A stretch of 64,000 nt of DNA from Ruegeria halocynthiae (GTDB taxonomy: Bacteria; Pseudomonadota; Alphaproteobacteria; Rhodobacterales; Rhodobacteraceae), in the NCBI RefSeq assembly GCF_000743705.1, contig NZ_JQEZ01000002.1, positions 490,862 through 554,861 of the forward strand, read 5' to 3'. Each line of letters begins with the position of its first letter. Position 1 is the first letter of the stretch. The translations under genes and the position numbers were made by a program. The notes beneath the pieces were generated by a model. That model made no database searches, was not told the DNA's origin, and saw nothing but the letters and a program-made list of their open reading frames with translations. Positions 8,641-17,543 of the stretch are shown here, piece after piece.

Positions 8641-9864
8641 ATGTACGACTTTGCCGTGTTCTGGGACTGGATGGCCTTTGCCGTGCGCTGGCTGCATGTG
8701 ATCACGGCCATTGCCTGGATCGGATCGTCCTTTTATTTCATCGCGCTGGACCTTGGCCTGAACCGCGACATCCCCGGCCCCGCCGATGGAGAGGAATGGC
8801 AGGTACATGGTGGTGGTTTCTATCACATCCAGAAATATCTGGTCGCGCCCGAGCGGATGCCGGACCACCTGACCTGGTTCAAATGGGAAAGCTATGCCAC
8901 CTGGCTAAGCGGCGCGGCCCTGTTGATGATCGTCTATTGGGTCGGCGGAGAGCTGTATCTGATCGACGCGCAAAAGGCCGATCTGGCGCTGTGGCAGGGG
9001 ATTTTGATTTCAGCCGCGTCGCTGACTGTGGGTTGGCTGATCTATGATTTTATGTGCAAATCCGGCTTGGGCGAACGCCCCACTCTGCTGATGGTGCTGC
9101 TGTTCGTGCTGCTGGTGGCGATGGGCTGGGGCTATAACCAGATATTCACCGGGCGCGCGATGATGCTGCATTTGGGCGCGTTCACAGCCACGATCATGAC
9201 GGCGAATGTGTTCTTCATCATCATGCCGAACCAACGCATCGTGGTGGATGACCTCAAAAACGGGCGCACGCCGGACCCGAAATATGGCAAAATCGCCAAG
9301 CTGCGGTCCACCCACAACAACTATCTGACCCTGCCGGTCGTTTTCCTGATGTTGTCGAACCACTATCCGCTGGCCTTTGCCACCGAATACAACTGGATCA
9401 TCGCCGCGCTGGTGTTCCTGATGGGTGTCACGATCCGGCATTACTTCAACACCCGCCACGCCCGCGCAGGCAACCCCACCTGGACCTGGCTGGTCACCGC
9501 CCTGCTGTTCATCGCCATAATGTGGCTGTCGACCGCACCGATGTACAAACCGCTGGAAGAGGCCGAGGCCCAGCCGCTGACCCGATACGAACAACAGTTC
9601 GCTGCGGCGGATGGGTTCGAAGAGGCGCATGACATCGTTTTGGGCCGCTGTTCCATGTGTCACGCGCGTGAACCGGTGTGGGAGGGCATCCTTTGGGCCC
9701 CCAAAGGCGTCCTGCTGGAAACCCAAGGTGACATTGCCCGCAACGCCAAGCAGATTTATCTGCAAGCCGGCGTCAGCCACGCGATGCCTCCGGCTAACGT
9801 GACATATATGGAACCCGAAGATCGCGAAGCCATCATTCGCTGGTTCCGCAATGCCGGGTCCTGA
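8641..9864 (+). CDS. puuD: Membrane-bound cytochrome-c-type urate hydroxylase (PuuD family)
   Basis: Multi-TM N-terminal domain and a C-terminal c-type haem motif CSMCH. GGAGAA RBS. Adjacent to the HIU hydrolase and allantoinase genes. Confidence 0.8.
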   Translation: MYDFAVFWDWMAFAVRWLHVITAIAWIGSSFYFIALDLGLNRDIPGPADGEEWQVHGGGFYHIQKYLVAPERMPDHLTWFKWESYATWLSGAALLMIVYWVGGELYLIDAQKADLALWQGILISAASLTVGWLIYDFMCKSGLGERPTLLMVLLFVLLVAMGWGYNQIFTGRAMMLHLGAFTATIMTANVFFIIMPNQRIVVDDLKNGRTPDPKYGKIAKLRSTHNNYLTLPVVFLMLSNHYPLAFATEYNWIIAALVFLMGVTIRHYFNTRHARAGNPTWTWLVTALLFIAIMWLSTAPMYKPLEEAEAQPLTRYEQQFAAADGFEEAHDIVLGRCSMCHAREPVWEGILWAPKGVLLETQGDIARNAKQIYLQAGVSHAMPPANVTYMEPEDREAIIRWFRNAGS

Positions 9865-10028
9865 TCAAGATACCGGGTGACCACACCATCGGTTAATTTG
9901 GCAACTTATTCGATAATACCTTTTCCTGCATGGAAACTGATGCTCTAACATAAAAGATATCATTCTCAGCTGTCGGCAAGCATAAGACGGCAAATTTGAT
10001 TTCGACTTGGGGCAGTTGGAGCCATTAG

Positions 10029-11834
10029 ATGCAGTGGAGCAGGCCGCAGGCCTTTGTGAAATGTTGCCTTTTCGGTGCGATCACCGCCGCCTTGCCGACC
10101 TCTCTGGCCGCTTTGGAAACGACGTTGGTGGCCCCTGGTGCTTCGGAAGCCCTTGTGGAACGGCTGGAGGAAACGTCCTCGGTCACAACGGCTGAATCCC
10201 GCGGGCTGGACACACCCTTGGAAATCCTGTCGGCGGCCCTGTCCGATTACCGCACCATAGTTCAGATCCTGTACGACGAAGGCTATTTCAGCCCGGTTGT
10301 CAGCATCAAGCTGGACGGTCAGGAAGCCGCCGACCTCAGTTCGCTTAGCGTACCCGCGCAGATCAATCGCGCGGTGATAACCGTCGATACCGGCCCGACT
10401 TTCAAATTCGGTACCGCCATCGTACAGCCCGTGGCGCCTGATACAGAACTGCCCGAGGAGTTCGCCCCGGGCAAGCTGGCGACAACCGGCGCAATCCAAC
10501 AGGCGGCCTCGGCTGGCGTTCAGGGCTGGCGCGATGCAGGGCACGCCAAGGCCGAAGTCGAAGATCAGACCGTCATTGCACGCCACGCGCAGGACAGGCT
10601 GGACGCGCAGATCGACCTTGCCCCGGGCCCGCGCCTGACCTTTGGCAAACTGCACATCAGCGGTGACACCGATGTTCGCCATCGATCCATCGAAAAGATC
10701 GCGGGCTTTCCCTCGGGCGAGGTCTATTCGCCCCAACAGATTCAAAAAGTCGGCACACGGTTGCGCCGTACGGGCACGTTCAATGTCGTGGCCATCGAGG
10801 AACGTAAAACGCCCAACCCAGACGGCACGCTGGATTTCGACGCCTATTTCGAAGACCTGCCCAAACGCCGCCTGACATTCGGGTTAGAGGTTGCATCACG
10901 CGACGGGATAGACCTGACGGCAACCTGGACCCATCGCAACGTCTTTCGACGCGCCGAACGCCTTCGGTTCGAGGCCGCCTTGCGCAACATCGGCGGGTCC
11001 GAGGCTTTGGACGGGCGAATTGGCCTGCGTCTGGATCAGCCGGACAGGCTGGGCCCGGATGACAACACGTTCTGGAACGCCTTGCTGGAACGCCGCAACA
11101 CCGACAACTATAACGTGACGGTCGCTTCGCTGGCCTATGGTGCGCGGCGAACATTCTCTGACCGGCTTTATGCCGAAGCGTCCGCTGGGTTTCAGTGGTC
11201 GGATGCCGATGACGCCTATGGCAATGGGCGCAAGTTCCGATATTTCATCGTGCCCTTCCGGTCAGAATGGGACGAGCGCGACAGCAAAGTCAGCGCAACG
11301 CGGGGGTTCTATCTGGATGCGCAGGTGATGCCATTTGTCGGACTGTCCGGCACCGAAACCGGCCTTCGGATGTTCTTGGACGGCCGCGCCTATACCAGTC
11401 TGGGAACGGCTGGCAGGATCGTTCTGGCAGGTCGCGCGCAACTGGGCTCGGTAATCGGCCCGGCCGAAGACGGCGTAACGCCGGACTTCCTGTTCTTTTC
11501 CGGCGGCGCGGGAACCGTGCGCGGCCAGCCTTTCGAAAGCCTCGGCATTCCTGTCGGGTCCGGTGTGGCTGGCGGGAAATCCTTTATTGGATTGTCGGGC
11601 GAGGTGCGCGGTAAAATCACCGACACTATTTCGCTTGTCGGATTCTATGATTACGGTGTTGTTGATACGTCTTCCTTTATCGGCAGCGGGGCCGAGTATC
11701 ATTCCGGCGCCGGGCTTGGGGTCAGATACGATCTGGGCGGCTTTGGCCCCCTGCGCCTTGATCTGGCCTTGCCGGTTCAGGGCACTACCGGGAATGGTCT
11801 GCAGTTCTATATCGGGATCGGACAGGCATTTTGA
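10029..11834 (+). CDS. tamA: Translocation and assembly module outer-membrane component TamA (Omp85/BamA family)
   Basis: Signal peptide, POTRA-like N-terminus and C-terminal beta-barrel. Immediately followed by tamB with an ATGA overlap. Confidence 0.8.
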   Translation: MQWSRPQAFVKCCLFGAITAALPTSLAALETTLVAPGASEALVERLEETSSVTTAESRGLDTPLEILSAALSDYRTIVQILYDEGYFSPVVSIKLDGQEAADLSSLSVPAQINRAVITVDTGPTFKFGTAIVQPVAPDTELPEEFAPGKLATTGAIQQAASAGVQGWRDAGHAKAEVEDQTVIARHAQDRLDAQIDLAPGPRLTFGKLHISGDTDVRHRSIEKIAGFPSGEVYSPQQIQKVGTRLRRTGTFNVVAIEERKTPNPDGTLDFDAYFEDLPKRRLTFGLEVASRDGIDLTATWTHRNVFRRAERLRFEAALRNIGGSEALDGRIGLRLDQPDRLGPDDNTFWNALLERRNTDNYNVTVASLAYGARRTFSDRLYAEASAGFQWSDADDAYGNGRKFRYFIVPFRSEWDERDSKVSATRGFYLDAQVMPFVGLSGTETGLRMFLDGRAYTSLGTAGRIVLAGRAQLGSVIGPAEDGVTPDFLFFSGGAGTVRGQPFESLGIPVGSGVAGGKSFIGLSGEVRGKITDTISLVGFYDYGVVDTSSFIGSGAEYHSGAGLGVRYDLGGFGPLRLDLALPVQGTTGNGLQFYIGIGQAF

Positions 11835-14800
11835 TGCGACGTCATTCATATCCTCTGTTTGCCGTGGTGCTGACCCTGACCGCGCCGCAGCCTCTGGTCG
11901 CGCAGGAAGACGAAGGCGGCAGTATGCTGGAGAGATTCTTGCAGGACACTTTGTCCGGTGACGATCAGAACGTCACCGTCAAGGGCCTGCAAGGCGCGCT
12001 GAGCGCGCGTGCGACGATTGAAGAAATCACCGTGGCGGATGACGAAGGTGTCTGGCTGACCATCAAAGACGCCGAACTGGATTGGAATCGGCTGGCCCTG
12101 ATCCGGGGCCGATTTTCCGTCAATGCCCTGACCGCGCAGGAAATCGACATCGCCCGGGCACCCGGTACGACCACAAAAGACGAACCGGCCCCATCGGCGG
12201 AAACGCAACCCTTTCAGTTGCCCGAACTGCCCGTTTCCATCGAAATCGGTGAAATCCGGGTTGATGATCTGTCGCTTGGCGAGCCGCTGATCGGTGTTGC
12301 CGCCGATTTGACCGTCACTGGCAACCTGTCATTGGCGGATGGCGCGCTGGACACCAACCTTGACGTTACCCGATTGGATCGGGCCGGCGATGAGATCAAG
12401 CTGACGGCCGGTTTCCAGAACGCGACAAGCGAAATCAATCTGGATTTGAACGTGACCGAAGCCGCAGGCGGGTTGATTTCAACGGCGCTGAACATCCCCG
12501 ACAGCCCGCCGATCGGGTTGACCGCCAAAGGCGCAGGGCCGGTCACCGATTTCACAGCAAATATCGGGTTGAGCAGCGACAGGCAGCCACGCGTCACCGG
12601 GCAGGTCCGGCTGCGCGCAGCCGACAGCGGCGCGGCGGACGGCATTGCCTTTACCGCTGATCTGGGCGGTGATCTGACACCGTTCCTGACAGATAATCTC
12701 GACCCGTTTTTTGGCACGAATACGCGCCTGTTCGTGGATGGCCAGACCCAGCCTCAGGGCGCGCTGGATATCTCGGATCTGGAGTTTTCGTCGCAAGCGC
12801 TGACCCTCAAGGGGAAGTTACAGCTGGCGGAAGGTGGCACTTTGCAACTGGCCGCTTTGCAAGGCCGGATCACCCCACCGGACGGGCAGACTGTTGTGCT
12901 TCCGGGATCAGGCGGGGAAACCTCGATAGAGGCCGCCCAACTGTCGGCCCTGTTTGATCAGACGAATGGCAACTTGTGGGACCTGAGCCTGACAGCAGAC
13001 GCCTTCAAATCTCAGCAGGCCAAACTGCAAGAAGCCCGGATCACGGCACAGGGCACATTGGATCAGGGCGATGCTTTCAAGGTTCAGGGCGATGTTCAGG
13101 CGACCATAAACGGGATCGAGCTGACCGATCCGGCACTGAACACCGCATTGGGCGACCGTATCACGCTGGATGGTCTGTTCAGCTATGGCAGTGGCCAATC
13201 GCTGAACCTGTCGGGGTTCGAACTGGTTGGAAGCGACTATACGCTGTCGCTGGACGCGCTGATCGACGGGTTGAACAGCGGCCTGACGGTCGACGGGTCC
13301 GCAAAGCTTGAGGCAACAGACCTTTCGCGGTTTTCCGATCTGGCCAAGCTGGACCTGGGCGGACAAGCCTCGGCCAAGGTTGATGGGACAGGCTCGCCGC
13401 TGGAGGGCAGCTTTGACGGAAAGCTGGTGGTTCAGGGCAGCAACCTGTCCACTGGGCGCGACGACATCGACCCGATTATCACGGGTGAAACCACGATCAC
13501 CCTGGACGCCAAACGCGGCTCTGACGGCATTACCATTCGCGAATTCGACCTAAACAGCGACGCGGCGCAGGCACAGGCCAGCGGCGCGGTGACAACAACG
13601 GACGGCAATCTGACCATCGACGGCCAAGCCAAGGTGAATGCACCCGAACTGTCCGTCTTTTCGGGTCTTGCACAGCGTGAACTGGGTGGCGCGCTGCAAG
13701 CTGAACTGGATGGCACCGGCACCGTTCAAACGCTGGAGTTTGATGGCACGGCCAGCATCACCGGACAGGATATTCAAACCGGGATGTCCGACATTGATCC
13801 GCTGTTGAAAGGCAAGACCTCGGTTCAATGGGATGGCGCGCGTACAGCAGACCGGATCGACATTCGGAACGCCACCATCAACGGCACCGCCCTGACCGCG
13901 CAGGCCAAGGGCACGGTCGATGATCCGACGGGTGCGCTTTCGGTCAACGGGCAGGCGCGGTTGAACGCCCCTGACCTATCACTGTTTTCGGGCCTTGCGG
14001 GGCGGGATCTGGCAGGGTCGATCAAGGCGAATGTGCAAGGCAGCGGTGCGCGGTCCAGCCAATTGTTCGATATTCAGGGCAATCTGGATGCCAATGACCT
14101 TCAGACCGGCATCGAACTGGCCGACAAACTGATCCAGGGCCGCACGACGCTGAACGTGGATGCGGCGAAAGATGAACAGGGTGTCAATATCCGCACGTTC
14201 CGCCTGCAAGGCACGGCTTTGTCTGCGCAGGCGTCTGGTCAACTGGATCGGGATTCAGGCGGGGTGACCTATTCGGCCAAACTGGATAATCTGGCACGCA
14301 TCACCACTGCGATGTCCGGGCCGCTGACCCTGGAAGGGAACGTTGCACCCACCGGATCGGGTTTGGAGGGCACGACCAGCTTACGGGGGCCTGACAGCTC
14401 TTATGCGACCCTGATGGGGAATGTAGACAGAAACGGATCAGCTGATCTGGAATTTGACGCCAAGTTCAACAAGATAGAACGTTTCATCCCCGAATTTCCC
14501 GGCACGATTTCTGCCAAGGGCACAGCCAAACGGGACGACGGTGTCTGGACAATCGACACGTCCGCCCAAGGCCCCGCCGAGATCGCCAGCAATATTGCCG
14601 GAACCTTTGATGAAAGCACCACCGAGGCAGATTTGCGCGCGCAGGGTGTTGTCAATCTGGGCATTGCCAACCTTTTCATTTCGCCCAACAAAATCGACGG
14701 AACCGCCCGGCACGACCTGACCTTGAAAGGCAAGCCGTCGCTGGCAGCCCTCAGGGGGTCCATCACCACTTCGGGGACGGCTTTTGCAATCCCGGATGCC

Positions 14801-15913
14801 GGGCAAACAATTACCGGCATAAGCGGGGCGGTCGAACTGAACCAGGGCCGGGCCACAATTTCGCTGAAAGGTGAACCCAAGGCTGGCGGCAATTTCACCG
14901 TCGCCGGACCTGTGGACATGACGTCGCCGTTCAACGCGCAAATCACAACGACGCTCAACAATCTCGTGCTGACGGACAAGCTGTTGTACGAAACAACCCT
15001 GAATGGGCAAATCGCGCTGACCGGCGCGCTTGCAGGAAATAGTGCGCTTGGCGGGCAAATCACGTTTGAAGAGACCAATATCAATCTGGCAGCCGCAGCC
15101 GGTGCCGTGGGGGCCGCGCCGATCCCGGATATCCAACATGTGAATGAAAGCGCGGCCAGCTACATCACGCGCGAGCGTGCGCGCCTGATCGTCGATGAAA
15201 GCGCACCCAAAAGCGATTCACGTATCGCGCTGGATATCAGCCTGCTGGCCCCAAAGGCGGTGTTCGTACGTGGCCGTGGTGTGAACGCGGAACTGGGTGG
15301 GCGCTTGTTTATCGGTGGCACCACGACATCCGTCATTCCGTCGGGACAGATCCAATTGATCCGGGGTAACTTTGACATCCTCGGTCGCAGGCTGGCGCTG
15401 ACCAAGGGGATCGTGACGCTGCAGGGGGACCTGACGCCATACATCGAGTTTGAATCCTCGACCAGCACGGCAGAAGGTTCCGCCACCATCGAAATTGCCG
15501 GTCCGTTGGATGCGCCCGAAGTGGATGTGTTTTCCGACCCCGAACGCCCCGCCGAAGAAGCGCTGGCCATGTTGCTGTTCGGCAACCGGTTTTCTGAGCT
15601 TTCGCCATTTATCATCGCGCAGATGGCCGCATCGCTGGCGCAGCTCAGCGGTGCCGGGGGCGACGCGACCAAAGGGCTGAGGGAAGCAACCGGCCTTGAT
15701 ACGGTAGACATTGGCGCAAGTGAGGGCGGCGCTGGCCGTCTGGGCGCCGGTGCTTACCTCAGCGACAATCTTTATACTGATTTCACAGTGAACACCGAAG
15801 GCGATACCGAGGTGAACCTGAACCTGGATGTCACCGACAGCTTCACTGTGCGCGGAACCGTTGATGGGCGCGGTGAAACAGGCGTTGGTGTGTTTTTCGA
15901 ACGGGACTACTGA
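11831..15913 (+). CDS. tamB: Translocation and assembly module inner-membrane component TamB (DUF490/AsmA-like)
   Basis: 1360 aa with an N-terminal signal anchor, a long repetitive beta-rich body and the C-terminal DUF490 signature (RGTVDGRGETGVGVFFERDY). Confidence 0.8.
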   Translation: MMRRHSYPLFAVVLTLTAPQPLVAQEDEGGSMLERFLQDTLSGDDQNVTVKGLQGALSARATIEEITVADDEGVWLTIKDAELDWNRLALIRGRFSVNALTAQEIDIARAPGTTTKDEPAPSAETQPFQLPELPVSIEIGEIRVDDLSLGEPLIGVAADLTVTGNLSLADGALDTNLDVTRLDRAGDEIKLTAGFQNATSEINLDLNVTEAAGGLISTALNIPDSPPIGLTAKGAGPVTDFTANIGLSSDRQPRVTGQVRLRAADSGAADGIAFTADLGGDLTPFLTDNLDPFFGTNTRLFVDGQTQPQGALDISDLEFSSQALTLKGKLQLAEGGTLQLAALQGRITPPDGQTVVLPGSGGETSIEAAQLSALFDQTNGNLWDLSLTADAFKSQQAKLQEARITAQGTLDQGDAFKVQGDVQATINGIELTDPALNTALGDRITLDGLFSYGSGQSLNLSGFELVGSDYTLSLDALIDGLNSGLTVDGSAKLEATDLSRFSDLAKLDLGGQASAKVDGTGSPLEGSFDGKLVVQGSNLSTGRDDIDPIITGETTITLDAKRGSDGITIREFDLNSDAAQAQASGAVTTTDGNLTIDGQAKVNAPELSVFSGLAQRELGGALQAELDGTGTVQTLEFDGTASITGQDIQTGMSDIDPLLKGKTSVQWDGARTADRIDIRNATINGTALTAQAKGTVDDPTGALSVNGQARLNAPDLSLFSGLAGRDLAGSIKANVQGSGARSSQLFDIQGNLDANDLQTGIELADKLIQGRTTLNVDAAKDEQGVNIRTFRLQGTALSAQASGQLDRDSGGVTYSAKLDNLARITTAMSGPLTLEGNVAPTGSGLEGTTSLRGPDSSYATLMGNVDRNGSADLEFDAKFNKIERFIPEFPGTISAKGTAKRDDGVWTIDTSAQGPAEIASNIAGTFDESTTEADLRAQGVVNLGIANLFISPNKIDGTARHDLTLKGKPSLAALRGSITTSGTAFAIPDAGQTITGISGAVELNQGRATISLKGEPKAGGNFTVAGPVDMTSPFNAQITTTLNNLVLTDKLLYETTLNGQIALTGALAGNSALGGQITFEETNINLAAAAGAVGAAPIPDIQHVNESAASYITRERARLIVDESAPKSDSRIALDISLLAPKAVFVRGRGVNAELGGRLFIGGTTTSVIPSGQIQLIRGNFDILGRRLALTKGIVTLQGDLTPYIEFESSTSTAEGSATIEIAGPLDAPEVDVFSDPERPAEEALAMLLFGNRFSELSPFIIAQMAASLAQLSGAGGDATKGLREATGLDTVDIGASEGGAGRLGAGAYLSDNLYTDFTVNTEGDTEVNLNLDVTDSFTVRGTVDGRGETGVGVFFERDY

Positions 15914-16109
15914 CCCCCCTAAGTGCGCGTTAACCCGGAGAAACCGTGGACAACAAAACTCCTGTTGGTCGTAGCGCGTTGTGATTTATCAAATTGGCAA
16001 GGGTCAAACGGCCAAGGAAACGGGGCATTTCTGCAGGCGGCTCTTGTTTCCATAACTTTGTCGGCGACCTTTGTTGCCGCGTTCCGGGAGTGAACCGCTG
16101 ACACCCTGC

Positions 16110-16634
16110 TCACTTCCGCCGGATGCCAATCTGTTCTCCGACCTGCGGTGCGGCTGTCAAGCCAGCGTGGTCGTCAACCATGCGCGCCAGCCGTGTGGCT
16201 GCCCAATCCGGATAAGGTACAGACCGTCCGGTGGTGTGGCTGACATTCATGAACAACGCTTCTTGCGTTGCACATACTTCGTCATCCTTTTCGGCCAGCA
16301 GCTGCGCAAAATAATGACCGCGCTTTTGATCCGAATCCAGCAAACGAAAGCGGAAATAAAAGGCGTCGTCCGGCTGAATTTCGCGTATGAAATTCATGTG
16401 TGACTGTAAGACGTAAGGCCCCTGCCCTAACGCATTGACCTGCACTTCGCCCAGCCCAAGGTGATCGACCATCAGCTTTTCCAACGCCAGATCGAAGGCA
16501 ACGCCATAAAAGCCCACATTCATGTGGCCGTTATAGTCGACCCATTCGGGCCGCACCGTGAATCCACGAATGTCCACCGGGGCCGGATAGGGGCCGTCAT
16601 GTCCGCTGAGGGGAAGGGTTGAGGGCTGCATCAT
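16110..16634 (-). CDS. Hotdog-fold acyl-CoA thioesterase-like protein
   Basis: 174 aa. AGGAGG RBS. Positioned 7 bp after the cyclase gene. Confidence 0.6.
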   Translation of the reverse strand: MMQPSTLPLSGHDGPYPAPVDIRGFTVRPEWVDYNGHMNVGFYGVAFDLALEKLMVDHLGLGEVQVNALGQGPYVLQSHMNFIREIQPDDAFYFRFRLLDSDQKRGHYFAQLLAEKDDEVCATQEALFMNVSHTTGRSVPYPDWAATRLARMVDDHAGLTAAPQVGEQIGIRRK

Positions 16635-16640
16635 GGCCTC

Positions 16641-17429
16641 CTACTGGTTGTCGTGATCGTCAAATATCGCCACGGCCCGGACAAATCCCGCCGACGCCCC
16701 TTTGATCTTGAACGGAAAGCATGAGATTTCAAATCCCGTGGGCGGCAGGTCTTCGAGGTTGGTGAGTTTCTCAATATGGCAATACCCGATCTCCATCGAG
16801 GCGCGGTGCCCCTCCCAGATGATCGACGCATCGCGTGTTTCGGCGTATTCCTGCGCCGTCAGCGAAAAGGGGGCGTCCCAGCTCCAGGCGTCTGTGCCGG
16901 TCACGCGCACGCCGCGTTCGGTCAGATACAGGGTCGCCTCGCGCCCCATGCCGCAGCCTTTCATCAGATAATCGGGGTGCCCATACCGTGTGCCCGCCGA
17001 GGTGTTGACGACAACTATATCCAGCGGGCGCAGGTCGTGGCCGATGCGTTTCAGCTCGGCCTCAACATCCGCTGCACTGACGACATAGCCATCATCGAAA
17101 TGACGAAAATCCAGTTTGACGCCGGGGTTCATGCACCATTCCAGCGGAACCTCGTCAATGGTGATCGCCCGCTGACCGTTGTTCATGGTGGAATGGTGGT
17201 GATAGGGCGCGTCCAGATGGGTGCCGTTATGAGTGGCAATCTGCAACCGTTCGATGGCCCAGCCTTCGCCGCCAGGCAAGTCGTCTTTTTTCAGGCCCGG
17301 GAAAAAGGCCATGACCTGTTCGGCGGTCTGATCATGCGTCAGATACTCGATTTCAGGCAGCATGATCGGCGGGTCGGACACGATCCCGACCTCTAGCGGA
17401 ACAGAAAGATCAACAAAACGGCGCGGCAT
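16641..17429 (-). CDS. Cyclase family protein (kynurenine formamidase-like fold)
   Basis: HNGTHLDAPYHH metal-binding motif typical of PF04199. GGAG RBS before the ATG at 17429. Confidence 0.7.
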   Translation of the reverse strand: MPRRFVDLSVPLEVGIVSDPPIMLPEIEYLTHDQTAEQVMAFFPGLKKDDLPGGEGWAIERLQIATHNGTHLDAPYHHHSTMNNGQRAITIDEVPLEWCMNPGVKLDFRHFDDGYVVSAADVEAELKRIGHDLRPLDIVVVNTSAGTRYGHPDYLMKGCGMGREATLYLTERGVRVTGTDAWSWDAPFSLTAQEYAETRDASIIWEGHRASMEIGYCHIEKLTNLEDLPPTGFEISCFPFKIKGASAGFVRAVAIFDDHDNQ

Positions 17430-17543
17430 GAACTCCTCCCGGTCTAGCTGCGGCCTTAGGGTTGGCCGCCTGCAACCCGCTGTCAAGACGCGAAAAAGGC
17501 GACCCAAAAGGCCGCCTGTTTCTGTTTCATGAGTGGATGTAGA

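Noticed and set aside
9966-10745. 259-aa minus ORF overlapping the tamA 5' region
   Set aside because: Antisense to a well-supported Omp85-family gene. No RBS or start context.
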